DNA from: Octopus sinensis
Taxonomy: Eukaryota
Direction of reading: 5' to 3'
Assembly (NCBI RefSeq): GCF_006345805.1
Contig: NW_021836959.1
Location: forward strand, 1-22,400
Length of the DNA: 22,400 nucleotides
Part shown: positions 10,190 through 22,324 of the stretch, one piece after another
Position numbering within the stretch: position 1 is the first letter of the stretch
Layout of the letters: each line of letters opens with the position of its first letter
Made by a program: the position numbers and the translations under genes
Notes under the pieces: generated by a model
What the model saw: the letters and a program-made list of their open reading frames with translations, nothing else
Database searches by the model: none
Told to the model about the DNA's origin: nothing

Positions 10190-10659
10190 AAGGCAGTGTT
10201 GCTGGTAGAACTATTCACACACTGGACAAAATGCCTAGCAGCATTCTTAAGTTCAAATTCTGCTGAGGTCAGTTTCACCTTTTATCCTTTCAGGGTTCAT
10301 AAAAATAAGTACCAGTTAACAACTGGGGGGGGGGGTTGATGTGATCAACCCACCCCCTTCTCTAAAAAACTGCTGGTCTTGTGCCAAAATTAGAAACAAT
10401 TGTTATTATTATTTGTAGACTAATTATTATTAAGGCAACGAACTGGCAGGGTCATTAGCACGTTGGGCAAATGCTTAGCGGCATTTCATTATAAGTTCAA
10501 ATCCCTGCAAGGTTGACTTTACCTTTCATCCTTCTGGGTCAATAAAATAAGTACCAGTTGGATATTGGGGTCAATGTAATCAATTTATCCCCTCCCCCAA
10601 TATTAATGGCCTTGTGCCAAAATTTGAAATCATTATCATCATCATCATCATCATCATCA

Positions 10660-10702
<43 letters not shown>

Positions 10703-10940
10703 CATTATTATTATTATTGTTGAAGGTGGCATGCTGGCAGAATCATTAGCACACTGGGTGAAATGCTTAGTGGTATTTCACTCATCGCTACGTTCTGAGT
10801 TCAAATTTCATCGAGGTCGACTTTGCCTTTCATCCTATCAGGGTCAATAAATTAAGTACCAGTGAAACACTGGGGCTGAAGTAAACAACTTGTCTCCTTC
10901 CCGCCAAAAAATTGACTGCCCTTGTGGCAAAATTTGAAAA

Positions 10941-10976
<36 letters not shown>

Positions 10977-11740
10977 CATTATTATTAAATGGCAAATGAT
11001 TGGCTGAATAATGAAAATGTTGACTAAAATTACTTTTGAAGGAATTGTTTTGTGTTCAAATTCTGCTGAGGTTAACTTAGTCATTCTTCAACGTTTGATA
11101 ACCAATCAGGTTCTAACAGTCAGTTTCTACCAAAGCTTGGAATAATTAGTGCAACTGCACCAAACAAAATGCTTAGCAGCATTCCTTCTGACTTCTTCCA
11201 TCCTGAGTCACCTACCACTGAGGTCAACTTTGCCAATTGTCGTCTTTTCGGAGTCAATAAAATAATGTGATCATTGAGCACTCGGGAGCCATGTAGTTGA
11301 TTGGTGCCCTCCCACCCAAAAAATTTCAGGCCTTGTACTCGTTGAAGAAAGCATTATTGAGAGGGTGGTGCCTGAAGATAATAGCCAGAACCATTTCAGC
11401 AACATCAATTTTATTCTTCATCTTTCTTCATCTTTGCATCAATTTGATTGACTTAATCTCTCCCACAAAATTTCAGACCTTGTATATATCTTAAAACACA
11501 TAATTATTAAGGGTATTAAGGGTGCTAAGTAGGGTGGCACACAACATGCCTTGTGGTGTTTAGTTATGCTTTAGTTCCAGGTTCAAATCTCATTGGAGTT
11601 AATTTTGCTTTTCACCCTTCTGGGGTTCAATACAATGAAGTTTCTCTTAAATTCTTGGGGTGGGAGGCATCGCTTTAATCAGCTATATTCCTTCTGACCC
11701 CAACTTTACTGGGAGTAGGTGCAGGGATTTAGCATAAACC
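9128..11740 (+). mobile_element. Head-to-tail stack of ~9-11 ATT-tailed SINE copies
   Basis: GTTCAA B-box anchors at 9186, 9415, 9585, 10251, 10495, 10799, 11054 and 11581, plus degenerate copies near 10000-10190, 11140-11360 and 11361-11510. Most copies end in GGCCTTGTG/ACC..(ATT)n and the next copy begins immediately. Confidence 0.85.
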
Positions 11741-12256
11741 ATTTTCTACCTCAGGTAAGGGGCCTAACCCCAAAGTTCTGTGTATGTGTGTGGTTGTGGG
11801 TGTTTCATGATATGAAAAGAGAGACATATTTCTATCAGACAACTAACTCAGCTAAACACGCACACACACATGTATAGGTGTGTGTGAGAGAGAAATAGAT
11901 ACACAAACGAATTACTGGAAAGAAACATTTTAAATTGTTTTACATGAAAAGAATTACAAAAATAAAAAAAAATTTCAAATTTTAAAAAAGCAATATAAAA
12001 AAATTATAATAACAGAAAAATTATATAAAAATATATAAATAAAAAAAAATTTATATTTAAATTTGAATTTTTCAAAAACAATAGATGTATCAACAACAAA
12101 ACCACAATCAGTTGCTGCAGTTAATTTATAATCATTAAACTTAGATTTTAGATATGTATATATATCTGTGTGTGTGTATTTTCGGGTGTACAAAAAAAAT
12201 GCATGTTAGACTTCGTTGATCTCTTCCCAGTTTACTGTTTTGGTGAAAGTTTTTAA

Positions 12257-12619
12257 AACCTTTTGGATACCAACCCATCTGAGATTACCCCCACTTTTGA
12301 AGTGAGTGAATTTGGTAGCTGGAAACTGAGAGAAGCTCTTCGTATATATTATATATGTGTTGGTCTTGTTTGCATCTCCATAACTTAGCAGTTTGGCAAA
12401 AGAATAAGTGTCAGGCATAAAAAAAATAATCACTGGAGTTTATTCCTTCAACTAAAAATTCTTCAAGGTGGTGCCCCAGTATGGCCACAGTCTAATGACT
12501 GAAACAAGTAAAAGAGGAAACCTTCCATGAAAATTCTTTTGTATTAAATTGCATTCCAAAGACCAGCTTAACTAAAACAAAGGTAGTGGATTCCTACCAA
12601 AATATGGTTAGAAAAGGGG
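12257..12619. mobile_element. Older piggyBac-type MITE of the same family as 171-376, opposite orientation, interrupted by a SINE
   Basis: TTAA at 12253-12256 and 12620-12623. The right end AATATGGTTAGAAAAGGGG-TTAA matches the reverse complement of the left end of the 171 element, and internal TTCCAAAGACCAGCTTAA matches TTCCGAACACTAGCTTAA. Confidence 0.6.
12300..12515 (+). mobile_element. tRNA-derived SINE (second family), 3' two-thirds, nested in the MITE
   Basis: GTGAGTGAATTTGGTAGCTGGAAACTGAGAGAAG, then TAACTTAGCAGTTTGGCAAAAG, then tail GGTGCCCCAGTATGGCCACAGTCTAATGACTGAAACAAGTAAAAGA. Confidence 0.75.
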
Positions 12620-12679
12620 TTAAGGGAAGCATGAAGAATGAAATGGAAACTTAGAATTCCAACTGATGCAGTAACGTTT

Positions 12680-12875
12680 CCAATTGAAATAAATAAGCAT
12701 AACAACCTTACCAGCGATGGTGTCATGAAAAAAGCACTCTCCCCACACTGTGAAGTGGTTGGCATTAGGAAAGGCATCCAGCTGTAGAAAACATACCATA
12801 GCAGACTTCACTGGTGGTTGACAGATCCTGCCAAACTGCCCAACCCAAACCACAATGGTAAACACATTCAATGAC
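12680..12875 (+). mobile_element. SINE/LINE 3' fragment of the RTE-tail family (GGCATTAGGAAAGGCATCCAGC motif)
   Basis: Shares GGCATTAGGAA(A/G)GGCATCCAGC and CCAACCCA with the young copy at 19788-19960 (reverse complement). Confidence 0.7.
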
Positions 12876-12940
12876 GAAACTATATGTGTGTGTGTATGTA
12901 TATATATGTGTGTGTATATATATATATATATTATATATAT

Positions 12941-12960
12941 ACAACACATGCACACATATA

Positions 12961-13003
<43 letters not shown>

Positions 13004-13050
13004 GAAGCAATGTAATCTATATTTATATATACAACACATGCACACATATA

Positions 13051-13128
<78 letters not shown>

Positions 13129-13162
13129 TTAAAGAAGCAATGTAATCTATATTTATATATAC
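12941..13162. repeat. Two-copy tandem duplication containing (TA)n tracts of different lengths
   Basis: ACAACACATGCACACATATATATATGTA-(TA)n-TTAAAGAAGCAATGTAATCTATATTTATATAT at 12941-13030 (90 bp) and 13031-13160 (130 bp). Confidence 0.9.
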
Positions 13163-13399
13163 ACATAGCAAACTGTATATATTTATATGAGATTGCTTTA
13201 ATAGCTCAACATACAGACTGTGTCACTTTGGTAATATTTAAATGTTTAACTTTTACACATATTTTCATTGACTCTTTCTCAATTGACAATTGTAATTCAG
13301 TTAGATATAGCATTGTATATTTTCCAACAGGTAATTGTATATGTTTGGTGGGATGGGCTAAGAAACATTTACATTTTGTCCTTTGCATGGGCTGAGCTG

Positions 13400-13610
13400 T
13401 GGATGGTGACGTATGTTGACATTATTCCCGTAGACAAATTGCCTCACCGCTTCGAGGTTTTGAAGATGCATGGAATAAAAAATTCCTTTATTTTGTAAAC
13501 AGGTAAGGATTAGTGACAGGAAAGATGTTTGGCTATAAAAAAACAGCACACTGATAATGTGTCCATCTAACCCATGCTAGCATGGAAAAATGAATGTGAA
13601 AACAACAAAC
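13400..13610 (+). mobile_element. RTE-tail family SINE, diverged copy
   Basis: TTAGTGACAGGAAAG followed by the tail AACCCATGCTAGCATGGAAAA. Confidence 0.6.
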
Positions 13611-13714
13611 AAAATAACAGCTGACACAGTTTAATTTGGAGTTAGTCTACTTGAGTTTTGATTTAGTAAATTCCATGAAAGTTCCATGAAGTTTCTCCAG
13701 GGTAATGTTAGTTG

Positions 13715-13771
<57 letters not shown>

Positions 13772-14172
13772 CATGTGTATGGTATTTGTTGGTGTTTAAC
13801 TGCATATCAAAGCTAGTCGATTTATAACATTCCACCCATCTCCCCATGTCCTTCCCTTGGCGTAAAGTAGGACTACATTATCCAATGTACATATTTTTAT
13901 AAGGTAGAAGTGAGTTGAAGAAAATTTGGGATTTTTAGGAAGTGGTTACATAGGGACTCCCATCATTATATAATTGTGTGTGTGGGTGTATAATTGTGAT
14001 ATTATATCTGTTATCATATCTATGTATGTATATATATTTAATGTTCAGTGTTGTTAGTGATGGGGAGGTCATCTTCTATATTTTGTTGCTAAAACTAAAG
14101 GCAGGGATTATTTATATTCATCTTTTGTATAGTTGCCTGTGTTGTATGTGTATATGTGCACAGATATAACTG

Positions 14173-14209
<37 letters not shown>

Positions 14210-14389
14210 TTATATGTATATATAGGTGTATGTATGTATAAAGCAATGTGTAACCATTGTGTTATTTCATTTCATTCTACTTGTGCAGGTATGCATCTAT
14301 GTGCACACACAAAGGTAAGTGTGTATGTGTGTGTGTGTTGTGTATGTTTTATATATACCAGTTACAATCATCATATTTTCTTTTCATTT

Positions 14390-15110
14390 ATTTTTTTGCC
14401 ATGGTTACCAGACCTGGTCCAGTGTTCTTCCCTTGTGACCCTTTGTCAACTCCCCTTCATAAGATCCATCTTTTACCATTTCTTCCCATGTCTTCCTCAG
14501 CCTTCTTCCGAGTCCTTCTCCTGGAATCACTATTTCTTTTATCCAGTTGTTCTCCTCCATTCGCATCACATGACCACACCACTCCACCCTTCTCTCTCAT
14601 GTACACTAAATTTCATTCCTTTTATATCTAGAAATTCTCTTAGCCATTTAAATTCAGTTATTCATACACCCTAACTTTATATATGTTCATCACACTTGTT
14701 TCCAGCCTTCCTTAAACACCCCAGTCTTCTACAGAACCATCATACGCCATGCTCTTCATTTAGAAAGGGAATCTCTTTGTTGCTATCAGAAATAATAGCT
14801 GGTTGCTATTTCCCCCTCAGCAATTTTGTTCCAACCATTCTGCCTTAGGAACACTGTTATTAATTAGTTCACCCAGGTGACCACCAACCATTTTTGGGAG
14901 CCTTCTAAGTATTTGAAGGGATATTTTTTTAAGGTGCTCTCGCTGCTTCTCTCCATCAGCCCGTCTATGATCCCACTGCATCCCTTGTGGACTTCAGTTT
15001 ACATTGGGTACCCTATATAAGATTCCAGTTTCCACCTTTACAGCATATCAAGCACTTCCCAAATAGCTGCTATAACTTCTTTCCTACCAAAACTTTTGTC
15101 ATTGCTAAAT
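14390..15110 (-). mobile_element. RTE-clade LINE 3' ORF fragment (degraded)
   Basis: ORF 14405-14587 WCGHVMRMEENNWIK..GEGLGRRLRKTWEEMVKD matches the RTE C-terminal W-GHV-RM..RGRP-KTW pattern. Upstream pieces DLAMTKVLV, GWNK and GSVEDW match NxxKTKV, GWxKF and GSETW. Confidence 0.85.
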
Positions 15111-15139
15111 CAAATGTAATAACAACAACAGCAACAATA

Positions 15140-15330
15140 ATAATAATGATAATAATAATAATGGTTTAAAATGTTGGTGTAGGGTCAGCAATATCAAGAG
15201 GAATGGGAAATCAATTGCATCAAGCCCAGAGCTTGGTTTTATTAATCTTGAAAGTGTGAGATTTGAACTCAGAACATAAAGAGCTGGAATAAATGCTACA
15301 AAGCATCTGTTCTTTCAGCTCACCCCACCC
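15140..15330 (-). mobile_element. ATT-tailed SINE, minus strand, diverged
   Basis: An (AAT)n tail at ~15136-15162 and ATTTGAACTCAGAAC, the reverse complement of the B-box segment. Confidence 0.65.
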
Positions 15331-15664
15331 CTATAACAACAACAATAATAAAATAATAAAAATAATAATAATGATAATTTCTTCTGATGAATTACATGAT
15401 CAGTATTACAGTGACAAGAATAATAGACTGAAAGTACCAGTAATATATTGTGGTTAATGATTATTAACTCACAATATGTGGATAGGATTTGAACTCATAA
15501 TTACTGGACATTGGCGAGGATAATAGTAGAAAAATAAACAAAAAAGGGAAAAAATGTTTAAGACCAGCAATAGATCTATCTTCTGACCTTTCTCTGTAAT
15601 TATAGTGATGGTAGGAATTATGAAAATGGTAATAATAAGGCTAAAAGACTGGAATTGAAATTCC

Positions 15665-15765
15665 ATCCAATATTCTGTCAGAATCCTAAGAAAGATTCTT
15701 GGGATTTGAAGAGATTTGTTGTCACCAAACCTCAAGATTAAATACTTGCCAACTAAATTAATAAA
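15665..15765 (+). mobile_element. 3' end fragment of an R4/Dong-like LINE
   Basis: GTCAGAATCCTAAGAAAG (ARILRK-like) and GAAGAGATTTGTTGTCACCAAAC resemble R4/Dong-type 3' ends as recalled from memory. Confidence 0.45.
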
Positions 15766-15951
15766 AATGAAAATATTTAATTATTAGGGATGAATAAGTA
15801 AAGTACCTTGATCAAGGTTTCATTGCTCTGTTGATTCCAATGCCATTTCCAGTTCCATTATTTCAGAATTACATAAAATGTACCACATGTTGTCAGTACA
15901 AAGTTTGGAGGCACCAGCCATAAAGCTGCACAGTGCTTACTTATGTATCTT

Positions 15952-16068
15952 TACCTACCTACCTACCTACCTACCTACCTACCTACCTACCCACATACCT
16001 ACCTACCTACATACATACCTACCTACCCACATACCTACCTACCTACATACATACCTACCTACCTACAT
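15952..16068. repeat. (CCTA)n/(CATA)n tetranucleotide microsatellite
   Basis: Directly visible. It gives the LPTY-repeat ORFs. Confidence 0.95.
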
Positions 16069-16208
16069 ATGCACCTTCAGGTGCTTGCTTACTGTGCAGC
16101 CATCTTCTCGGAGGTTTAGACAATTGCAGACATCACATGCAGACATCACATCATTCTCTTCTGTTTCTCCTTTAGATTTATGCTATCTTGTTCAGCTAAT
16201 GACAGAGT

Positions 16209-16244
<36 letters not shown>

Positions 16245-16987
16245 ACTGCCACTGTCAATGGATTCACAGCTTGTTTCAATAATGAGTATCCTAGTTACTT
16301 GAGCCATACACCTGTCTACTCATCATCTGACTCAAAAACTGGCTGTGTTCTCCTCAGACACTTTGTATCTTTAACATAAGGTCAGCATAACACAGTGGTA
16401 TATGACAAGGCCTATTTGTTGTATATGTTGTTCTTAATAAATCATTGAATTGTTGTTTATTAATTAATTAAATTGATTTGCCAGAAACACAGTATTTATG
16501 CAAATCAGGTTTGCCAGTATAAGAAAACTCTTATTTCTGTTAGCTATAAATAAAAAGTTTCTGTGAACAGTTGCAGGCATATATTTGGTTTCTAAGGAGA
16601 TCCCAAAAAGAAGTAAGGCAGGTCAAACTGATCCCTCCTTTTCTGTCTAAATGTGTGTGTGTGTGTGTGTATCGGTTATTTTACAATTCTCTGGGGTATT
16701 TAAAATCACACTTATTGTGTTGGGTGAAAATGTGGATTTATTGAGTAAAATGTATTTCATCAAAGTCCCAGAAAATAGGACTTAGCCTGTCACTACCCCC
16801 AACCCATCCCACCCCTGACCATTTAGCTGGACCTTGTCAAAGTAAATGCAATTGTTTATTGGTAACAAATATATTTGGTCAGTGACCACAGGTCAAGCAA
16901 TTCTCCATCATACTTCAACAGAAGATAAATATTTATTGTTACCTATATATGGGCGTGTTTATACACACACACATGTATATCTTTTAT

Positions 16988-17110
16988 GATCAAGAGCATT
17001 CCACTCATGACCATTCCATCAGTTTCCATTATTTATCATGTCCTTCCTATTCTTAAGACAGTAATAGTTGATTTGAGAGTTGATTTGGTTGCTATTCCTA
17101 GCATATATTC
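16988..17110. repeat. Unclassified dispersed repeat, copy 2
   Basis: Similar to the reverse complement of 8950-9070. Confidence 0.5.
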
Positions 17111-17585
17111 CCTCATTTGTGGTTCCTTGTTTCCCTGTTGTTCTTTTTCATTTTGTTTTATGTTGGTTTTTTTTTTGCTTTTATTGTTGATACACAATAT
17201 ATTTTGTAGGGATGACCTTGTGACTGTATGTAGGGGACAACAGGGGTCTTTCATTTATGGGAGAAAAAAACTTGGTTAGGGAGTTGTGTTTAAGAAAGGA
17301 ACTCATTCAAAAATATCCCTCTTCCTCTCTTTTTCTCTCCCTCTCACACCCTCCCTCTTTTAGCCTCCTTCTCTTTCTCTTTCACTCGGTACAAAATGGT
17401 ACAGAAGCAAAACTAAATCAAATAAACACACTTTCATAAAACTGAAGGTGAACCGTGTTTGGCAGAGGAAAAGAAATCACATTTATGTCTTTTCCAAATC
17501 TCAAAATGTTTTCAAAATGCTTTTCACTTTTTTATTGTGTGTGTGTGTATGTGTGTATACATATATATGCATATATACTAACATA

Positions 17586-17629
<44 letters not shown>

Positions 17630-17910
17630 ATGTATGTATGTATGTATATTTATTAGGACATTTTTTAAAAATGTGTTTTGTAATTAAACTATTAATTTCA
17701 TTAGTAAAAAAAATATGTAAGGTGGTGGGGTTGTAAATAATAATTTCTTCTTCAATGAAATCATTTCGTTTCATTAGAAAACAAAACAAAAACCTTTTTT
17801 AATTATTTCTTCTTTCAATCTAAAAAAAATAATTATATCAAGGATTGTAAAAAAAAAGATTTAAGAAATTCAAATAAAAACAAAAATTTACATATGAATG
17901 TATGCAGTGT

Positions 17911-17963
<53 letters not shown>

Positions 17964-17969
17964 ATATTC

Positions 17970-18185
17970 ATGTCCCACAAGCAACTTGGCTGGATCCATG
18001 CTAACGTGGATCAAACGGAATTCGTTGAGGCCAATTCTAATCAACCAGGTGCCCTTCCTATCACTAACCCTCACCAGTTTCCCAGGAAGGTAATATTTTT
18101 CCGTAACCAGACATGTTTTTCTTGGAAAACTGGAAAATGAACAACCCCACATGTACAACAGTGATGCTCATTTACAACCATTATG
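17970..18185 (-). mobile_element. RTE-tail family SINE, minus strand, diverged
   Basis: ATCCATGCTAACGTGG and GTGCCCTTCCTATCACTAACC are reverse complements of the family tail and core motifs. Confidence 0.65.
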
Positions 18186-18207
18186 TGTTATCTAGAGAAG
18201 AGTACAC

Positions 18208-18468
18208 AGAAACACACACACATACATACATACGTAATACATACATCCATACACACACACACACATACATACATACACACACATACATACACACATACAT
18301 ACATACACACATACATACATACACACATACATACATACACACACCTACACATACATACACACACATACATACACACACATACATACATTCATACATTCAT
18401 ACACACATACATACATTCATACATACATACATACATACATACATACATACATACATACATACACACAT
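18208..18468. repeat. (CATA)n/(CA)n microsatellite
   Basis: Directly visible. Confidence 0.95.
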
Positions 18469-18559
18469 TGTGAATGCTCCTGCCATAGAAAGCAGGTGAG
18501 CTTTCTGCCATTCCCTGAATAAATGGTTTGTTTCTGCTGGGCAAATGTTTCTGCTGTAC

Positions 18560-18720
18560 ATCAGTACATTCCCTCCATTGAAGCAAGAATTACCTATATA
18601 GGTGCGTGATGTGCCACACATCAGGTGTCAAAGTAATCACAGAGCCACGTGAAATGAAGTGTTTTGCCCAAGGACACAACACACTACTGGCTCAGGGATT
18701 GAACCAAATTCCTAACCATT
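18560..18720 (-). mobile_element. CORE-type tRNA SINE fragment
   Basis: TGAAATGAAGTGTTTTGCCCAAGGACACAACAC and GGATTGAACC are reverse complements of the CORE and B-box segments. Confidence 0.65.
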
Positions 18721-18789
18721 CTCTCTCTATATATATATATACATATACACACATATATACATACATATATATATATGTATATGTATATA

Positions 18790-18990
18790 TTTTCTATGAT
18801 TGTGTGGGTCAAGGAAAATTCATTGAAGAAGATTTTCTGTGGCTGGATGCTCTTCCAGTCACCAACCCCCCACCTATTTCCAAATGACCTAATATTTCTT
18901 TGTAGTCCTTTGAATGTCAACAGCACAGTGGTCAGACAAGTTTTCATGGCATATTGCAAATGAACAATATTGCTTGCATAGCAATGGTGT
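18790..18990 (-). mobile_element. RTE-tail family SINE, minus strand, diverged
   Basis: TTTCTGTGGCTGGATGCTCTTCCAGTCACCAACC matches TTTCTACGGCTGGATGCCCTTCCTAATGCCAACC at ~19901-19933. Confidence 0.65.
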
Positions 18991-19039
18991 TTGTTTACAG
19001 CTAAAGCAGTAGACATAAACACACACACAAATATATATA

Positions 19040-19200
19040 TATACAACAAACTTCTTTCAGTTTCCGTCTACCAAATCCACTCACAATACCTTGATCAACC
19101 TGACGCTATTGTAGAAGACACTGGCCCATGTGTCATTCATTGGGACTGAACCCAGAACCATGTGGCTGGGAAGCAAACTTCTCACACAGCCAGGCCTGCA
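19040..19200 (-). mobile_element. tRNA-derived SINE 5' head (second family)
   Basis: The reverse complement reads GCAGGCCTGGCTGTGTGAGAAGTTTGCTTCCCAGCCACATGGTTCTGGGTTCAGTCCC..GTGAGTGGATTTGGTAGACGGAAACTGAAAGAAG. Confidence 0.8.
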
Positions 19201-19219
19201 TCTATTTATACTTACACAC

Positions 19220-19222
19220 AAA

Positions 19223-19275
<53 letters not shown>

Positions 19276-19316
19276 TATATTATACATATATATACATATA
19301 ATACATACATATATAT

Positions 19317-19363
<47 letters not shown>

Positions 19364-19468
19364 ATATATATATATATGTACATATATACATATACATAAT
19401 ATATATATATAATATATATATATATATATTATATATATCATATATATATATATATATATATATCATAT
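19220..19468. repeat. Long imperfect (TA)n tract
   Basis: Directly visible. Confidence 0.95.
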
Positions 19469-19520
19469 ATCATCATCATTTAGTATCCGTTTTCCATGCT
19501 AGCATGGGTTGGAATATATA

Positions 19521-19562
<42 letters not shown>

Positions 19563-19612
19563 CCCCAGTAGAACCGTCCAACCCATGCTAGCATGGAAAA
19601 CGGACGCTAAAC

Positions 19613-19654
<42 letters not shown>
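19469..19654. repeat. Inverted pair of short retroposon 3' tails around a (TA)n spacer
   Basis: Arm 19469-19513 (minus) and arm 19559-19654 (plus, (GAT)n tail). About 43-45 bp are complementary with 3 mismatches, and the loop is ~63 nt. Confidence 0.9.
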
Positions 19655-19787
19655 ATATATATATATATATATATATAAATAAGAAAATGGAGGAACAAAT
19701 TCATTTCGATCATCAACTTACAGATAACTGATATCCCATAGTGGGTTACCCTCGTAACCCCTATCTTACTTTGTACTATATATATAT

Positions 19788-20280
19788 ATCATCATCATCA
19801 TCATTTAGCATCCGTTTTCCATGCTAGCATGGGTTGGACGGTTCAACTGGGGTCTGTGAAGCCAGAAGGCTGCATCAGGCCCAGTCAGATCTGGCAGTGT
19901 TTCTACGGCTGGATGCCCTTCCTAATGCCAACCACTCCGCGAGTGTAGTGGGTGCTTTTTACATGCCACCCGCACAGGTGCCAGACGGTGCTGGCAAACG
20001 GCCACGAACGGATGGTGCTTTTACGTGCCACCAGCATGGGGGCGAGGCGAGGCTGGCAACGGACACGAACGGACGGTGCTTTTACGTGCCACCGGCACGG
20101 AGGCCAGTCGGGGCGGCGCTGGCAACGGCCACAGTCGGATGGTTCGCTTACTTGTCACCGGCACTGGTATCACAGCCGCAATTTCCATTGATGTTGATCG
20201 ACTTCGATTTTGGTTCTGCTTTCTGATATCTGATTTGATTTGGTTTGATTTTTTTTGTTTTGATTTTTTGATTTTTTGAT
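19788..20280 (-). mobile_element. Young GC-rich RTE-tail retroposon with internal ~61-66 bp tandem repeats
   Basis: (CAT)n tail, TTTAGCATCCGTTTTCCATGCTAGCATGGGTTGG, intact CpGs, repeat units starting at 19951, 20014, 20075 and 20141, and a (GATTT)-like flank at ~20230-20280. Confidence 0.85.
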
Positions 20281-20287
20281 ATATATA

Positions 20288-20659
20288 TCTCTCTCTATAT
20301 AAACGGCAGTTTGTCTGTGCGTGTTTCTGTGTGTCTGTTTGCTTGTACCCTCACCCTGACCACGGCTGTCAACCGATTCTGATGAAACTTGACACACACA
20401 TAGCCCAATGTCATAATTCAAAACTAACGCAGCGAAAATTTTGAAAAGTTCCCCCAGTTCTGAAAAAAATCGATAAATTCGACATGGGGTCGAGAATCAG
20501 AAACACGAACCACAAACTGTCTAGGGGACGCAACTCCACCTTTTTTAAATCTCAAAAAAAAATTTACCATCATTTTTTTCCATTTTTTGCTATTTTTTGG
20601 CTATTTTCTTTATAGTTATTTCCCTTACAAACCTGAGCAACGCCGGGCGATACTGCTAG
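20288..20659 (+). mobile_element. Non-autonomous Helitron-like element
   Basis: 5' TC..TATATAAACGGCAG start after an A, an internal CTGT-rich tract, subterminal imperfect hairpin CCTGA-GCAACG-CCGGG, and a 3' CTAG (20656-20659) followed by T. No TSD. The 5' boundary is uncertain by a few bases. Confidence 0.75.
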
Positions 20660-20763
20660 TATGTAATATATGCAGTCTGGTGAGTGTCTAGTTATTTGTG
20701 AAATCAGTCAGGTAAATACTGGTATTTAATTTAGCCGCTCTAAAGTTAGAAAGAACTTAGAAC

Positions 20764-20870
20764 GCCCATCCATCCATCTGTCCATCCATTCCTCCATCCA
20801 TCCCTCCATCCATCTGTCCATCCATGCATATCTCCATCCATCCATCCATCCACCCATCCAACCATCCATG
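20764..20870. repeat. (CCAT)n microsatellite
   Basis: Directly visible. Confidence 0.9.
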
Positions 20871-21209
20871 AATCTCATCTGCTCTGATGAGATTGAATCC
20901 TAGAACAGAAGACAAATAATGATCATACAGAATAAATAATTTGTTTGTTCTGATTGGCTGAACCAGACAATGATTTTTTAAAACTGTTCCAAAGATATGA
21001 CTAACTAGAGTTAAGTGTCTTGCTTAAGAACACATTGACTAAAGTTACCAAAGAGAGAAAGTGACATGCAGACAGCTATAAAGCCCTCCCCAACAAGGTA
21101 TATTTGGGGGGTTCCTGCTTATCCATTCACTCAGATATGTTAGATCAAATCTACAATTATTTTAACCATCATAACCATTGCCATCTGCTTTCTGCCTTCC
21201 CACTAGGGT

Positions 21210-22280
<1,071 letters not shown>

Positions 22281-22324
22281 ATTAATGATAACAATGATCT
22301 AATGGTAGAACACCTGTCATGTTC

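Noticed and set aside
9128-11740. Repeat-spacer periodicity superficially like a CRISPR array or satellite
   Set aside because: The units are ~200-bp diverged tRNA-derived SINEs with microsatellite tails in eukaryotic DNA. There are no cas genes and no constant short repeat.
14270-14320. Plus-strand 26-nt candidate micro-exon (TTGTGCAG|..AAAG|GTAAGT)
   Set aside because: It lies in low-complexity CA/TG sequence, is not a multiple of 3, and has no supporting neighbouring exons.
19834-20279. GC-rich ORFs of 79-130 aa
   Set aside because: They are open because of the GC-rich tandem repeats in a retroposon body, with no recognisable domain.
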